61,457 nucleotides of DNA from Candidatus Thalassarchaeum sp. (GTDB taxonomy: Archaea; Thermoplasmatota; Poseidoniia; Poseidoniales; Thalassarchaeaceae). The notes under the pieces were generated by a model that saw nothing but the letters and a program-made list of their open reading frames with translations, did not search any database and was not told where the DNA came from. The stretch lies in NCBI GenBank assembly GCA_022451235.1, contig JAKUOA010000008.1, positions 49,584 to 111,040 on the forward strand, read 5' to 3'. Below are positions 19,472 through 28,462 of the stretch, piece after piece; position 1 is the stretch's first letter; every line of letters starts with the position of its first letter. Position numbers and translations under genes: made by a program.

Positions 19472-20586
19472 CCCCTGTAAACCTCTACGAATTCATCAGT
19501 AGGGATATCTAGTGAAGAGGCGATTGCTTGGGCGACGATAGCAAACCTTTGTCTATATTTGAAAATGAAGCAAAAAATGTGACCATCATGTCTGACTGAT
19601 GGGCCACAAAGGAACATACCAGGCACTAAAGTTGATTCATCACTCTCATTCAATAGGGGGAATCCATCTTCTCTTTCATCGAATAAATCTGACACGAATT
19701 TATGACTTCCATCGAATCCGCCTGCGAATAGGGGCTTAGAATCAGAATTGAAGACTTGACCATCTTGAGTTCTGACTTCGTATGTTCCATTTACTAGATT
19801 GACTGATTTTACTGGAGTCTGGGGGTTTAATCGGACATTATTTTCAAAATTTGCATTCCTCATTCGTTCAAATGAAAAAGTAGACAAAGTAATACTTGGA
19901 TCTGAACTTTCTTCGTCCCATGGGCTGTTAATATCGAATAATACCACCTTTTTACCATTGTTCGCAAGATGATATGCAGCATCTATTCCACTTTCATATC
20001 CGCCGATAATTAGAAAATTATCCCCTTCTAAATCTGCATATCTCGAAACTGTTGCCGTGTGCCTACATAGTTCAACACCTTCGAATCCATCTAATAGTGG
20101 ATATTGATATTCGCCAGCAGCCCAAATGACATTCTTCGCCAGCAAGTTACTGTCACCAATATTTAGATGAAAGAAGCCGTCAATTTTCTCTATAGAATCT
20201 ACATTTGTATTTTCTAGAATTGGGAGTTCAAAATATTCAGCTATATCTTGTAAGTGTTCGGCGTATTCCTTACCAGTAGGGTGCTCAACCTTCATGCTAA
20301 ATGCTGGAGATATTCCGATAGCTATCGAATTTAGATCAAGCATTCCGATGGAATTACTGGGAAATGAAGGCGTAATGAACCGAGTCTCTTCTGGCCAAGA
20401 AGAAAATGAGGCCCCTACTGTATCTCTGTCCACAATCAGGAAGTTCTCAATTCCTGCATGAGCAATAGCAATTCCGACGCCGATTCCCGCAGCTCCAGCT
20501 CCGACTATTACGACATCTTGAGCTTCTGAGTCAACTCTTGGAGTCGTTTCTTCATCTACCAAAGCGGTCTGCTGGTCCGACGACAT
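19414..20586 (-). CDS. FAD/NAD(P)-binding oxidoreductase (flavin monooxygenase/disulfide-reductase-like)
   Basis: VVIVGAGAAGIGVGIAIA dinucleotide motif plus a second Rossmann FLIIGGYESGIDAA. Cys-rich C-terminus CCGQECLTC. Confidence 0.7.
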   Translation of the reverse strand: MSSDQQTALVDEETTPRVDSEAQDVVIVGAGAAGIGVGIAIAHAGIENFLIVDRDTVGASFSSWPEETRFITPSFPSNSIGMLDLNSIAIGISPAFSMKVEHPTGKEYAEHLQDIAEYFELPILENTNVDSIEKIDGFFHLNIGDSNLLAKNVIWAAGEYQYPLLDGFEGVELCRHTATVSRYADLEGDNFLIIGGYESGIDAAYHLANNGKKVVLFDINSPWDEESSDPSITLSTFSFERMRNANFENNVRLNPQTPVKSVNLVNGTYEVRTQDGQVFNSDSKPLFAGGFDGSHKFVSDLFDEREDGFPLLNESDESTLVPGMFLCGPSVRHDGHIFCFIFKYRQRFAIVAQAIASSLDIPTDEFVEVYRGWGMYLDDLSCCGQECLTC

Positions 20587-20694
20587 AATCGGCCCGACAT
20601 TATTAACATTTTAAAAAAAACTAATAAATTATAAGGTGGAATTTATTATTTTTAAAGAAAAATATTATTCTTTAGCTGAAAATCGTGGAGTAAT

Positions 20695-21084
20695 TCATTC
20701 CCCTTCATATTCGGTAACCCTAATTCCTAGATTACCTCGTCTGGCTTTTCTTTCCATAATTTTGTCCATTTTTGAATGGAATTCGGATTCTAAATCGACA
20801 TGCATTGCAAGAGAGTGACCAAGTATTAAAATCAATAAATCTGCTAATTCTTCTGACGCTTCTTCTTTCGGCTTCCCTTTGGTAATCGCTGCAGCAAATT
20901 CTCCCAATTCCTCTACAGTTAGCGCCACACGGTACCCCATGTCGTGACCATTATTCTTTGGATTAGCAAAATCATGCTTACTATGGAATGCTGCAACTCT
21001 AGCCATCATGGTTGTCCAAGAGCCATCAGGCTTAGAATTCCAATCAACTTCTTTCCAATCATCTACACTCACCATTCTGGTCAT
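20695..21084 (-). CDS. MazG-like nucleoside triphosphate pyrophosphohydrolase
   Basis: EELGEFAAAI...EELADLLILILG, the EExxE...ExxD four-helix MazG signature. Confidence 0.7.
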   Translation of the reverse strand: MTRMVSVDDWKEVDWNSKPDGSWTTMMARVAAFHSKHDFANPKNNGHDMGYRVALTVEELGEFAAAITKGKPKEEASEELADLLILILGHSLAMHVDLESEFHSKMDKIMERKARRGNLGIRVTEYEGE

Positions 21085-21126
21085 ACATGGGCCAACAATT
21101 GGAGAGCCATCAAACTGTCTAATGTT

Positions 21127-21438
21127 CTAGAATCTACCACCAGGTGGTTGCCTGGGGTAATCAGAACCTGCAGGAAGGAGGTAGGATAGACCAACAAGAG
21201 ATAGAACAATTGATGCAAATAATACAACAGAAAAAAACCTCATTCTGTAATTTGCTTCATTTTGTAGTTCGGTACACAACTTTGGATCTGGTTGGGGGTT
21301 GTTATTCGGTAAACATTCTCGCTCGAACTCTTTGTCTGCTTGATCCCACCAATCCATTCTATCCATCGCTTCGATGAAGAGAAGAATTGAAACTACCAAA
21401 AGAACGAATCCCACACGCTGTCCTTGCAATATAATCAC
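21127..21438 (-). CDS. Small membrane protein
   Basis: 103 aa with two hydrophobic helices. Directly abuts the upstream MTAP-like gene. Confidence 0.4.
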   Translation of the reverse strand: MIILQGQRVGFVLLVVSILLFIEAMDRMDWWDQADKEFERECLPNNNPQPDPKLCTELQNEANYRMRFFSVVLFASIVLSLVGLSYLLPAGSDYPRQPPGGRF

Positions 21439-22194
21439 TCAAAAATTATCTTGTAAGGCCTCTATACAATTCCTTACCTGGGCACGCAGTTTCGCTGCCA
21501 TAGCGTCAACAGCATGATGATCTATTTCCGCGGATGGATCGCCTGGAGTTCTTCCCGCGGCCCAATTGGAAGAGCAAGATATAGCCACATGAGGAATTCC
21601 TGTCTCTGCAATCAATCGAGACTCGGGGCCTAAAGTCATACCAACCACATCAGCACCCAGACGAACTAGTGCATCGATTTCAGAAGGCGATTCAAATTGA
21701 GGGCCGACACATTGTGCCACTACCAGCCTGCTTGGAGTGTTCTCTTGAGTTTTAGATAGGGCTAATGAACAAATTTTACTTGCCTTTTTGTCAAAAATTG
21801 AGGTTCTATCCGCATGAATTGCATCCTCGTCATGAAAAGTCCATGGACGGGTTGCAAGATCTAATACATCACTTGCTACACCAATCATTCCTGGTGGTAA
21901 ATTTTCAATCATAGTTCCAACTGAATTTACGCTGAGAATTAAATCGGGAGAGAAGGACTTGGCAGCATGAATATTTGCTCTATGTTCAATTTGATGAGGA
22001 GGAGTTCTTGCTTCCCCTTCTCGATGATGTCTGTCAATTAGGAGTACTTTTCCTAAACTAGTTTCAACTAATATTGTTGGAACCTGCCCCCATTGTGAAT
22101 CTACTCTGATTTCGCTATTTCTTGAAGAACTATTCGACATCTCAAGAGCTAGGTCTGACATCCCGGTTCCACTAAGAACGGCTATTCTCACCAA
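21439..22194 (-). CDS. Purine nucleoside/5'-methylthioadenosine phosphorylase family protein
   Basis: LLIDRHH...PPHQIEHRANIHAAK...SVNSVG pattern typical of MTAP-type PNP enzymes. Confidence 0.7.
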   Translation of the reverse strand: MVRIAVLSGTGMSDLALEMSNSSSRNSEIRVDSQWGQVPTILVETSLGKVLLIDRHHREGEARTPPHQIEHRANIHAAKSFSPDLILSVNSVGTMIENLPPGMIGVASDVLDLATRPWTFHDEDAIHADRTSIFDKKASKICSLALSKTQENTPSRLVVAQCVGPQFESPSEIDALVRLGADVVGMTLGPESRLIAETGIPHVAISCSSNWAAGRTPGDPSAEIDHHAVDAMAAKLRAQVRNCIEALQDNF

Positions 22195-22212
22195 ATGCTC
22201 ACCTCAGGTTTG

Positions 22213-22236
22213 AAAATGGGCTTTCTCGCCCATTTT
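22213..22236 (-). terminator. Hairpin with 9-bp stem (AAAATGGGC / GCCCATTTT), 6-nt loop and T-run, just downstream of the eS1 gene
   Basis: Read directly. Lies between the eS1 stop (22241) and the next gene's start (22194). Confidence 0.45.
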
Positions 22237-22240
22237 AACC

Positions 22241-23179
22241 TCACTCTTGCAGACGAGAAATCAAATCTGCTTTCTTACCAGAGACTGGTTTTCCTGCTTC
22301 CTTTAGAAGTTCTTTCAGTTCGGCAACAGTCATTGATTCAAAATCGATATCTGAGTCATCGGAGGATTCACTGACCTCGATATCCGGAACATCCTCATCT
22401 TCTTGCTCAGACGCTTCTTCTTCCTGCTCTTCATCTAAGTCATCCTTTCCTACCTCTGAAAGGTCTGCAGATGCCTCTGCTGCTGCGAGAACGTCAATGT
22501 CCTCAACTTCTGCTGCTGCGGCAGCAGCTTTCTCTTCTGCGTGAATATCATCCAAGGTCGGTCCGTCTTCTACAACTACCCCACTCTGGAGCAATTGGCT
22601 ACGGCGAATCATCACGGTTCTGACAGGGCTAACTTTAGAAACAGATTCTTTGATTGCTGCTTCCATGGTACCGTCTAGTACGGATTTTTGTAGTTGAATC
22701 CACGTAGAACTAGCGCCCATAGTTAGGATTTTTTCCTTTGCACTTGCTCTCATAGCAGATTTCTGGCTGGATTTTACCCGTGACCTAGAAATTAGTAATG
22801 GCTTGAATCTTACGTAATATCCATCCTCGGTAACAACATCGACAGTGTCGTCAACCTTTCCTCGATCACGACGAATCTGGCGGCGAATGTGATCTTTCTG
22901 GACATTGTGCCCAATGAATTCAGTAAGTGCATCTCCGCCAACAGCTTCTGTTATACGGAAGACTGCCTGCACATGCATCTTGGAAAAGTCACCATCAAGT
23001 TCATTTTGCATGATGTCGTATGTTCGCCCGATTAATTGTTCAGGCTCTTCTGCAAGGGTTTCTCCAATGATTTTGAACGACCATGGATTACGAGGTGCTC
23101 GGATTGTGTACCAGCGCTTTGCCTTCCACTTGTCTCTCCGGTTGCGTGCCGCTGCCCTTGCTTTTGCGCCCTTTGCCAT
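22241..23179 (-). CDS. rps3ae: Ribosomal protein eS1 (S3Ae) with a C-terminal acidic linker and SAP motif
   Basis: MAKGAKARAAARNRRDKWKAKRWYTIRAP... is a canonical eS1 N-terminus, with its ATG at 23179 preceded by GAGGTG. The C-terminus ends in MTVAELKELLKEAGKPVSGKKADLISRLQE. Confidence 0.85.
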   Translation of the reverse strand: MAKGAKARAAARNRRDKWKAKRWYTIRAPRNPWSFKIIGETLAEEPEQLIGRTYDIMQNELDGDFSKMHVQAVFRITEAVGGDALTEFIGHNVQKDHIRRQIRRDRGKVDDTVDVVTEDGYYVRFKPLLISRSRVKSSQKSAMRASAKEKILTMGASSTWIQLQKSVLDGTMEAAIKESVSKVSPVRTVMIRRSQLLQSGVVVEDGPTLDDIHAEEKAAAAAAEVEDIDVLAAAEASADLSEVGKDDLDEEQEEEASEQEDEDVPDIEVSESSDDSDIDFESMTVAELKELLKEAGKPVSGKKADLISRLQE

Positions 23180-23319
23180 GAGAAACACCTCGTATCGGGG
23201 GCTACCCCGTGTGCGAGCCGTCCGACCTGCCTCCAGTATTTGAATGAAAGCCCTCAAGTCCCATCCATAGACAAGGGCGCAGCGTGGTCTTCAAGGGCTG
23301 GTTGCTCTTGCCATAATCA

Positions 23320-23751
23320 ATGAGTCTGCACAGCGTATCTTGGAGAATACACTGCAGCGCTATGGATGACCTAGAAATAATCCAATCTGCAATGAAACAA
23401 CTATCTGCAGTAAATTCAGAAGTAACTAGGGAGAAATCCAAATCCTATCATGGCTCTCCCCAAACAATTCTCGAAATGAGAATAAATAACAAAAAAAATG
23501 CAAAACAAAGCCTAGAATTATTGGGTAAGTCAGTATTGGATCAATTAGTCGAAAATGGCATAGAGTCTCAAATTGATGATGATAAAAATTTTCATATCCG
23601 GCTCTCATTATCATCCTTAGTCGCTGGAAAATTAAGGTTGGCCGAGGGTTCTGAATGGACCTCTGCAGTGAAGGGTAAATACAAGATTGAGTCTTATCCA
23701 GGTCAAGAGCCTAGTGAAGTATTACTTGAATTAATATCCAAAATTGATTGA
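23320..23751 (+). CDS. Possible UPF0201/COG1931-type RNA-binding protein (predicted exosome-associated)
   Basis: Size and N-terminal pattern (VSWRIHCSAMDDLEIIQSAMKQL) resemble the family. Tentative. Confidence 0.35.
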   Translation: MSLHSVSWRIHCSAMDDLEIIQSAMKQLSAVNSEVTREKSKSYHGSPQTILEMRINNKKNAKQSLELLGKSVLDQLVENGIESQIDDDKNFHIRLSLSSLVAGKLRLAEGSEWTSAVKGKYKIESYPGQEPSEVLLELISKID

Positions 23752-23840
23752 TTCCAAAACCGGATTATTTTCGTTCGCCAAACTGATAATCATAACAAGG
23801 ATTCTTATGGAACTTATACTACGGAAGTCTGAGTGATAGC

Positions 23841-24116
23841 ATGACCCATGTAGTTACGAGTGCCTGTGTTGGACACAAATACCAAGATTGTGTAGCAGTT
23901 TGCCCGGTTGAAGCCTTCAAAGAAGCTGATACCTACTTAGTAATCGACCCAGATGAATGTATTGATTGCGCTGCTTGCGTTGCTGAATGTCCTGTCGAAG
24001 CTATTTTCGCAGACACTGATGTTCCGGACGAAGAAATGGAGTGGATAGATCGTAACGAGACTGAGAGTCTAGACCTAGAAATAGCAACTGGAGATTCACC
24101 AGTACTCGCAGACTGA
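23841..24116 (+). CDS. Ferredoxin, 7Fe ([3Fe-4S][4Fe-4S]) FdxA-like
   Basis: [15 protein letters not shown] and [12 protein letters not shown] motifs in the Azotobacter-type arrangement. Confidence 0.85.
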   Translation: MTHVVTSACVGHKYQDCVAVCPVEAFKEADTYLVIDPDECIDCAACVAECPVEAIFADTDVPDEEMEWIDRNETESLDLEIATGDSPVLAD

Positions 24117-24177
24117 AGTTTCAACCTTCTAATGAACTTAAACATAGATTGATGAATGGAAGCCGAGAGGCTGGCAT

Positions 24178-25167
24178 ATGACTCAACGAGTTAAACTAGA
24201 GAACATGCGGCATGGCACAGAGTTGCTGAAGCGAGGCTTCGCCAAGATGCAGGAAGGCGGAGTCATCATGGACGTTGTTAACGCAGAAGAAGCACAGATA
24301 GCAGAAGATGCTGGTGCCGTTTCAGTCATGGCCTTAGAGAGAGTCCCTGCAGATATCAGATCCAGTGGAGGAGTTGCTCGAATGAGCCACCCTGATATGA
24401 TTAAGGAAATTATAGAGACGACTTCGATACCCGTAATGGCCAAGGCAAGAATTGGGCATGATGAAGAAGCGAGAGTGCTAGAAGAACTGGGTGCTGATAT
24501 GATTGATGAATCAGAAGTATTGACTCCGGCAGACCCTTTCTTCCACATAGCGAAAAATAACTTCACTGTACCATTCGTATGTGGATGTACTAATCTGGGC
24601 GAGGCTGTAAGAAGGGTGGCCGAAGGCGCAGCGATGATGCGAACCAAAGGCGAAGCAGGCACTGGAAATGTAGTAAGTGCTGTTCAACACGCTAGATTGG
24701 TAGCCAACGAAATCGAACTTGCTCAATCAAGTGGAGAAGAGGGAAGAAGAGAAATGGTTGACGTGATTATGCAAGGTTTTCAGAGAGTAAATAGGGCATC
24801 TTCGTTTAATTTAGACCCAAATACCACTCCCTTCGGCACCATGGAAGAAGTTCGGGAAGAAGTTACCTCAGTACTAGAGGACGTTGCTAAACTGGGTAGA
24901 ATACCCGTTGTGACTTTCTCGGCTGGAGGGATATCCACTCCTGCTGATGCGGCCCTTATGATGAAGCACGGAATGGATGGAATATTCGTTGGATCTGGAA
25001 TTTTCAAGAGTTCTGACCCGGTTCAGACCGCCGAAGCTATAGTCTTAGCAACCCATCACTTCGAAGACGCATCAGTAGTTGCCGAGGCAAGTGCAATGAT
25101 TGGTGAACCGATGCCCGGATTGGAAATAGAGACACTAGATGTTCGCCTTGAAGAGAGGGGTTGGTGA
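24178..25167 (+). CDS. pdxS: Pyridoxal 5'-phosphate synthase subunit PdxS
   Basis: [35 protein letters not shown] and downstream PdxS motifs. No pdxT adjacent. Confidence 0.9.
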   Translation: MTQRVKLENMRHGTELLKRGFAKMQEGGVIMDVVNAEEAQIAEDAGAVSVMALERVPADIRSSGGVARMSHPDMIKEIIETTSIPVMAKARIGHDEEARVLEELGADMIDESEVLTPADPFFHIAKNNFTVPFVCGCTNLGEAVRRVAEGAAMMRTKGEAGTGNVVSAVQHARLVANEIELAQSSGEEGRREMVDVIMQGFQRVNRASSFNLDPNTTPFGTMEEVREEVTSVLEDVAKLGRIPVVTFSAGGISTPADAALMMKHGMDGIFVGSGIFKSSDPVQTAEAIVLATHHFEDASVVAEASAMIGEPMPGLEIETLDVRLEERGW

Positions 25168-25169
25168 AC

Positions 25170-26159
25170 TCAAACTTTCCCTCGTGTGGTGCCTAATTTT
25201 CTCTTCTTTGATTTTCTTGGCTTGGGTGTAGAAGGCTCATCCGTTTCTTCTTCAATTCCAGTGCCACCAAGAGTTAAACTGCCACTTTCGAGGAACATTG
25301 CTTCTAATGAGCCAGCCAACTCTTCGCTTTCGGAAGGAGATCTTATCGCATCTCTAACTGATTGGTTATGATCCTTGATAGTCTTCTCACGTTCTTCCCG
25401 TGCGGCTTTGATAGAATCTCGAATTTCATTTACTTGGTCGAGTAGAACTTTCATTTCAGAATGTACTTCGTCTGCTGCTTTTCTTGCTTCAATAAATGCG
25501 TTGTGAAGTCTATCCCCCTCAGCCCGTAGGAAATCTCTTTCTTCAAAGAGGGGTTTAATCTCCTCCCATATTTCATCGGCCTGTTTATGACAATCAATCA
25601 TAGCTTGATGTTCTGAATCCGCCTCGGCTTTTAGCCTATTTATCGATTCATCCATGTCGCCTAGATCAATTGTTATAGCCTCGTGTTCCTTAATCGCTGG
25701 AAGTAACTCGTTTCTTTTTCCAATGAGTTTTTTGAGTTCCTTTAGAAGCTTGTTTTCATCTTCCAACTTTAGTCTGCCATCAGTTTCTAATCGCCTCTCT
25801 ATCTTTTCAATTTGCCCTTCGGTTTCAGACAATTCAATAACTACCGACTTAGAGCCTCTTTCCTCATCCCAGCGCCCACGTTTCTTGGAAATTATCTCTC
25901 TAATGTGGCCTTGAATTTCGTCTCTCCTAGCCTTGTGAATTCTGGCTTCGTCTCTGATTTCTTTTTGTTTAGCCTTCAACTCGTCGATAGTTTCGCGTAA
26001 ACCTTTGGCCTGTTCCTGTACGGCATTTCGTGAATCTGCGGCTCTACGTGCGTTTTCGTTGTGACCATTACGATTATCTCGCATACGCCTAATCTTAGTC
26101 TCCATGGCGTGTAGACGACTCCGGAGGTCATCGTCTGGGTTGGTAGACTCATCAGACAC
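25170..26159 (-). CDS. Coiled-coil protein, paralogue 1 (archaeal COG1340-like), basic C-terminal tail
   Basis: K/E/R/D-rich with heptad-like periodicity throughout and no TM helix. Ends in PKPRKSKKRKLGTTRGKV. Confidence 0.6.
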   Translation of the reverse strand: MSDESTNPDDDLRSRLHAMETKIRRMRDNRNGHNENARRAADSRNAVQEQAKGLRETIDELKAKQKEIRDEARIHKARRDEIQGHIREIISKKRGRWDEERGSKSVVIELSETEGQIEKIERRLETDGRLKLEDENKLLKELKKLIGKRNELLPAIKEHEAITIDLGDMDESINRLKAEADSEHQAMIDCHKQADEIWEEIKPLFEERDFLRAEGDRLHNAFIEARKAADEVHSEMKVLLDQVNEIRDSIKAAREEREKTIKDHNQSVRDAIRSPSESEELAGSLEAMFLESGSLTLGGTGIEEETDEPSTPKPRKSKKRKLGTTRGKV

Positions 26160-26204
26160 AGCCGCCCCACGGCCGTTCGCTTCTTGAATGAACCTAATGT
26201 ATGG

Positions 26205-27794
26205 TTAGAGCCCAAGGACTGAGGCAATGAATGGTAGAATGGGGGAGAGAATTGCTATAATTGCACCAAGGATGAACAAAGCACCTGTTGTCATTCTAAG
26301 TCGAGTAAACAAGTCATTGCGAATCTGAACGGTTAGTACACGGCCAGAGATCAAGTTACCTTCCAAATCTTCTAGACGGATTGTAACTGTAGACTCTCCA
26401 GTACTAGAGGGTAACAAACTCTGCCAAATTATTCTGGTAGAATTCAGGATATTAGGAAGTGTATCAGTGATTTTGGGGGAAATTATCCCATCAAATGAAA
26501 TCGATTCATGTGGTTCCACCTTGAGGCGATACTCACAATCATTCGGTCTGAAATCAGGGGTTTGGACTCTCAAAATTAAATCTTTTACTTCATCTGTTTG
26601 ATTGAGAATAAATGCAAAAAGATTTGCCGGGCCAACAACTAAATTTTCCATATCTACGTCAAACCATACCTCACCAGATTTACCCGCTTGTTGCCTCATA
26701 TTTAATCGGTCATGAAGACGAAAAAACGGAGCGCAGTCAAGCATTGCTCTGGACAATAATCTATCCCAGGTTTCTTGACCTAATTCAGGGTGATCAAAGA
26801 GTTTATCGATTGAATTAGAATCTATCATAGATGCTAGAGCTGATCTGAATTGATTCTCATCAATCAAGGACATCCTTCTAAGATGTAATAGATGAAGTAG
26901 GGTCTCTTGTAATTCCGTCATAGATTGACCGGGTTTCATTTCCGATTCTACCGTCCGTAAATATTCAGATATTCTAACTGCCAGTAATGGGTCTATATGT
27001 GCCTTAATTACATCAGAAAACGGTCGACGCAGTAAAGCAGGATGAATAGGTGGAGAGAATGCACTCAACATCCCCCAAGGCTCATTCGCATTGAAGCGTG
27101 ATTTGTTTGAAACCAAGAAGGACCCATGGCCCGCTAACAAAGTACCAGTTGAAAACGCAACCAATCTAGGCGAAAGATCTCCATCGGGAGCCAGCCAAAG
27201 AGCTATGCCGAGAAATAAGATAGCTAGGAATAGGAAGCTTATCGTAGCGCCTAACTGTCTTCTAGAGCCATTAATCGTTGCACGCATTTCTGCATATCCG
27301 TGTGAGCTTTTGAAGGTTAAACCAGCAGTTGTAAGGGATTCTGCCTCGTGATGGAAAATCTTCCTAGTTATTGTCAATAATCTGAATAATAGTAGTAAGA
27401 GGGCTATATTTGCAACTAAGATGAATAATGAAAGAAAATGTATTCCAAGGTGCATTTCAACCGGAGCAACTTCTTGCATATGATCCAACCACCACTGTGG
27501 GGTTGTATTTCTGTAAGAATGGGCAAGACCAAAGTTAACAACGACAATCAATGGTAAAAATAGTACAAATCGAATTCCTCCGCTAATCAGAAGTCTGTCT
27601 ATTCGAAGGAGCGTTCGTTCTTGGCTCCTCAAACTATCTACTTCCGGAGTATGTATTTTTACAGAACTACCCACCCCCTGGTTCTGTCGGTTATCCTGAA
27701 TATTATCTTGAGAAGGATTTGATTGTCCCTCTAGAACTTCTGTTGCCAATGAACTAAGTGCATCCTCTAGGTTTGGAAATTCTTCATCCTGCAA
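26205..27794 (-). CDS. Polytopic membrane protein with a cytoplasmic helical domain and a beta-sandwich-like domain, function unknown
   Basis: 529 aa with several TM helices in the N-terminal half and one at the extreme C-terminus. 3-nt gap to the upstream DtxR gene. Confidence 0.55.
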   Translation of the reverse strand: MQDEEFPNLEDALSSLATEVLEGQSNPSQDNIQDNRQNQGVGSSVKIHTPEVDSLRSQERTLLRIDRLLISGGIRFVLFLPLIVVVNFGLAHSYRNTTPQWWLDHMQEVAPVEMHLGIHFLSLFILVANIALLLLLFRLLTITRKIFHHEAESLTTAGLTFKSSHGYAEMRATINGSRRQLGATISFLFLAILFLGIALWLAPDGDLSPRLVAFSTGTLLAGHGSFLVSNKSRFNANEPWGMLSAFSPPIHPALLRRPFSDVIKAHIDPLLAVRISEYLRTVESEMKPGQSMTELQETLLHLLHLRRMSLIDENQFRSALASMIDSNSIDKLFDHPELGQETWDRLLSRAMLDCAPFFRLHDRLNMRQQAGKSGEVWFDVDMENLVVGPANLFAFILNQTDEVKDLILRVQTPDFRPNDCEYRLKVEPHESISFDGIISPKITDTLPNILNSTRIIWQSLLPSSTGESTVTIRLEDLEGNLISGRVLTVQIRNDLFTRLRMTTGALFILGAIIAILSPILPFIASVLGL

Positions 27795-27797
27795 GTT

Positions 27798-28460
27798 CTA
27801 TGCCTCCAACCTAACTAAAATTCGCTTTGCTAATGATTCAGATAACAAAACAGGAGTGCCGCTTACATTGACTGAATTTTTGTCCTTTGATATATTGGCG
27901 CCAATAGAAATTTGTTGATTATCAAGGGTTTTGATATCTTGACCGGGGAGTGCGATGAATTCTACTATGCCACTACTACCCTCTGGCATATTAGAAATTG
28001 GTAACAATGGTGATTTGACATCAGGGTTAAATTGTCGTGAAATCTGAGGGACTCTTTCGCCCAAATGAGAGTGCTCAGGATAACCCAATAGTCGGTCTAT
28101 TGACGCCTCTAAATCATCATTGACTGCATGTTCCATTTCGCACGCTACCGAGCTCACATCCCCATCAAAACCAATTATATCAGTTAGTAGTAATTCAATA
28201 AGTAATTGTCGCCGCTTAATCTTCCCGGCAATAGCAAATCCTTCAGAAGTTAATCTCGATCCTTTGTAAGGGATATAAGTCACCAAATCGCGCCCTGAAA
28301 GTCTCTGGATCATTTCAGTTGTAGAAGCGGCACTAACACCCATCGATTCGGCTAACATCGAGGTTTTGACTATCGCGGCCGGATTTTCCGAATGTATCTC
28401 AAACATTGTTTTGAGGTACATTTCCTCAAAATCACTCAGATCTATCAACGATTTCACCAT
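27798..28460 (-). CDS. DtxR/MntR-family metal-dependent transcriptional regulator with a FeoA/SH3-like C-terminal domain
   Basis: wHTH N-terminus, dimerisation helix, ancillary-site-like CEMEH motif, and a C-terminal SSGIVEFI...LAKRILV FeoA-like domain. Confidence 0.85.
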   Translation of the reverse strand: MVKSLIDLSDFEEMYLKTMFEIHSENPAAIVKTSMLAESMGVSAASTTEMIQRLSGRDLVTYIPYKGSRLTSEGFAIAGKIKRRQLLIELLLTDIIGFDGDVSSVACEMEHAVNDDLEASIDRLLGYPEHSHLGERVPQISRQFNPDVKSPLLPISNMPEGSSGIVEFIALPGQDIKTLDNQQISIGANISKDKNSVNVSGTPVLLSESLAKRILVRLEA

Positions 28461-28462
28461 AA

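Noticed and set aside
24183-24662. 159-aa ORF antisense to pdxS, plus similar antisense ORFs in mdh (3290..3790), the S8 protease, rpoA1, rpoB and the coiled-coil genes
   Set aside because: All are embedded opposite strongly supported genes. They have low-complexity Ser/Pro/Ala-rich translations typical of shadow frames.
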